Origin: Haliotis rufescens
Lineage: Eukaryota
NCBI RefSeq assembly: GCF_023055435.1
Contig: NW_025964334.1
Location: forward strand, 3,410,001 to 3,474,000
Length of the DNA stretch: 64,000 nt
Direction: 5' to 3'
Part shown: positions 62,920 through 64,000 of the stretch, piece by piece
Layout: each line of letters begins with the position of its first letter
Numbering within the stretch: the stretch's first letter is position 1
The notes under the pieces: generated by a model
Told to the model about the DNA's origin: nothing
The model's database searches: none
The model's input: the letters and a program-made list of their open reading frames with translations, nothing else
Made by a program: the position numbers and the translations under genes

Positions 62920-64000
62920 TTTGATGTAATCGTCTACCTGTGCAGTAATTGATATAATCTACCTGTGCAGTACATTATATAGTCTACCTGTACAGTAACT
63001 GATGTAGCCTACCTGCACAGTAATTGATATAATCTACCTGTGCAATAACTGATGTCGCCTACCTGTACAGTAACTGATATAGTCTACCTGTACATTTACT
63101 GATGTAGTCTACCTGTACAGTAACTGATTTAGTCTACCTGTGCAGTAACTGATATAATCTACCTGTGCAGTAACTGATATAGTCTACCTGTACAGTAACT
63201 GATGTAGTCTACCTGTACAGTAACTGATTAAGTCTACCTGAACAGTAACTGATATTGTCTACCTGTACAGTAACTGATGTAGTCTCCCTGTGCAGTAACT
63301 GATGTAGTCTACCTGTACAGTAACTGATGTCGTCTACCTGTACAGTAACAGATATATTCTACCTGTACAGTAACTGATGTCGTCTACCTGTACAGTAACT
63401 GATGTCGTCTACCTGTACAGTAACTGATGTATTCTACCTGTACAGTAACTGATGTAGTCTCCCTGTACAGTAACTGATGTAGTCTACCTGTGCAGTAACT
63501 GATATTGTCTACCTGTGCAGTAACTGACATAGTCTACCTGTAAAGTAACTGAAATAGCCTACCTGTAGAGTAACTGACATAGTCTACCTGTACACTAACT
63601 GATATTGTCTACCCGTGCAGTAACTGATATTGTCTACCTGTACAGTAACTGATGTATTCTACCTGTGCAGTAAATGATGTAGTCTACCTGTACAGTAACT
63701 GATGTAGTCTACCTGTACAGTAACTGATGAAGTCTACCTGTACAGCAACGGATGTCGTCAACCTGTACTGTAACTGATGTAGTCTACCTGTACAGTAACT
63801 AATGAAGTCTACCTGTACAGTAACTAATAAAGTCTACCTGTTCAGTAACTGATATAGTCTACCTGTACTGTAACTGTGTAATCTACCTGTACAGTAACTG
63901 ATATAGTCTACCTGTACAGCAACGGATGTCGTCAACCTGTACAGTAACTGATATAGTCTACCTGTACAGTAACTGATGTAGTCTACCTGTACAGTAACTG
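62920..64000. repeat. 25-bp minisatellite, runs off the window
   Basis: CTACCTGTACAGTAACTGATGTAGT. Confidence 0.95.

Overview
Repeat-rich eukaryotic (metazoan) genomic DNA. The SINE types and (ACTC)n/(AAAC)n tails suggest a mollusc, possibly an abalone-like gastropod; this is inference. The one well-supported gene is a + strand, multi-exon GH20 beta-N-acetylhexosaminidase (HEXA/HEXB-like). I assembled 13 coding exons by hand (34541-62160) with continuous phase and GT-AG introns, plus a candidate signal-peptide exon at 31764-31818. Two things stand out. (1) The reading frame is intact and the catalytic HLGGDE is kept, but several -1 subsite residues are replaced (HEXA-equivalent D175N, R178I, H204R, Y421C, W460S), pointing to a pseudo-enzyme or changed specificity. 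(2) Five splice donors and one acceptor have been tandemly amplified into intronic minisatellites made of exon-end plus splice-site sequence; one array is in frame and could give a variable-length His/Thr insert. The rest is Tc1 (DD34E) transposons, RLE-type and other LINE remnants, a MULE remnant, at least four SINE-like families (three share a 3' tail; one lacks a tRNA head and has a predicted 5' pseudoknot), palindromic MITEs and about 20 minisatellites. Most long ORFs in the track are repeat artefacts.
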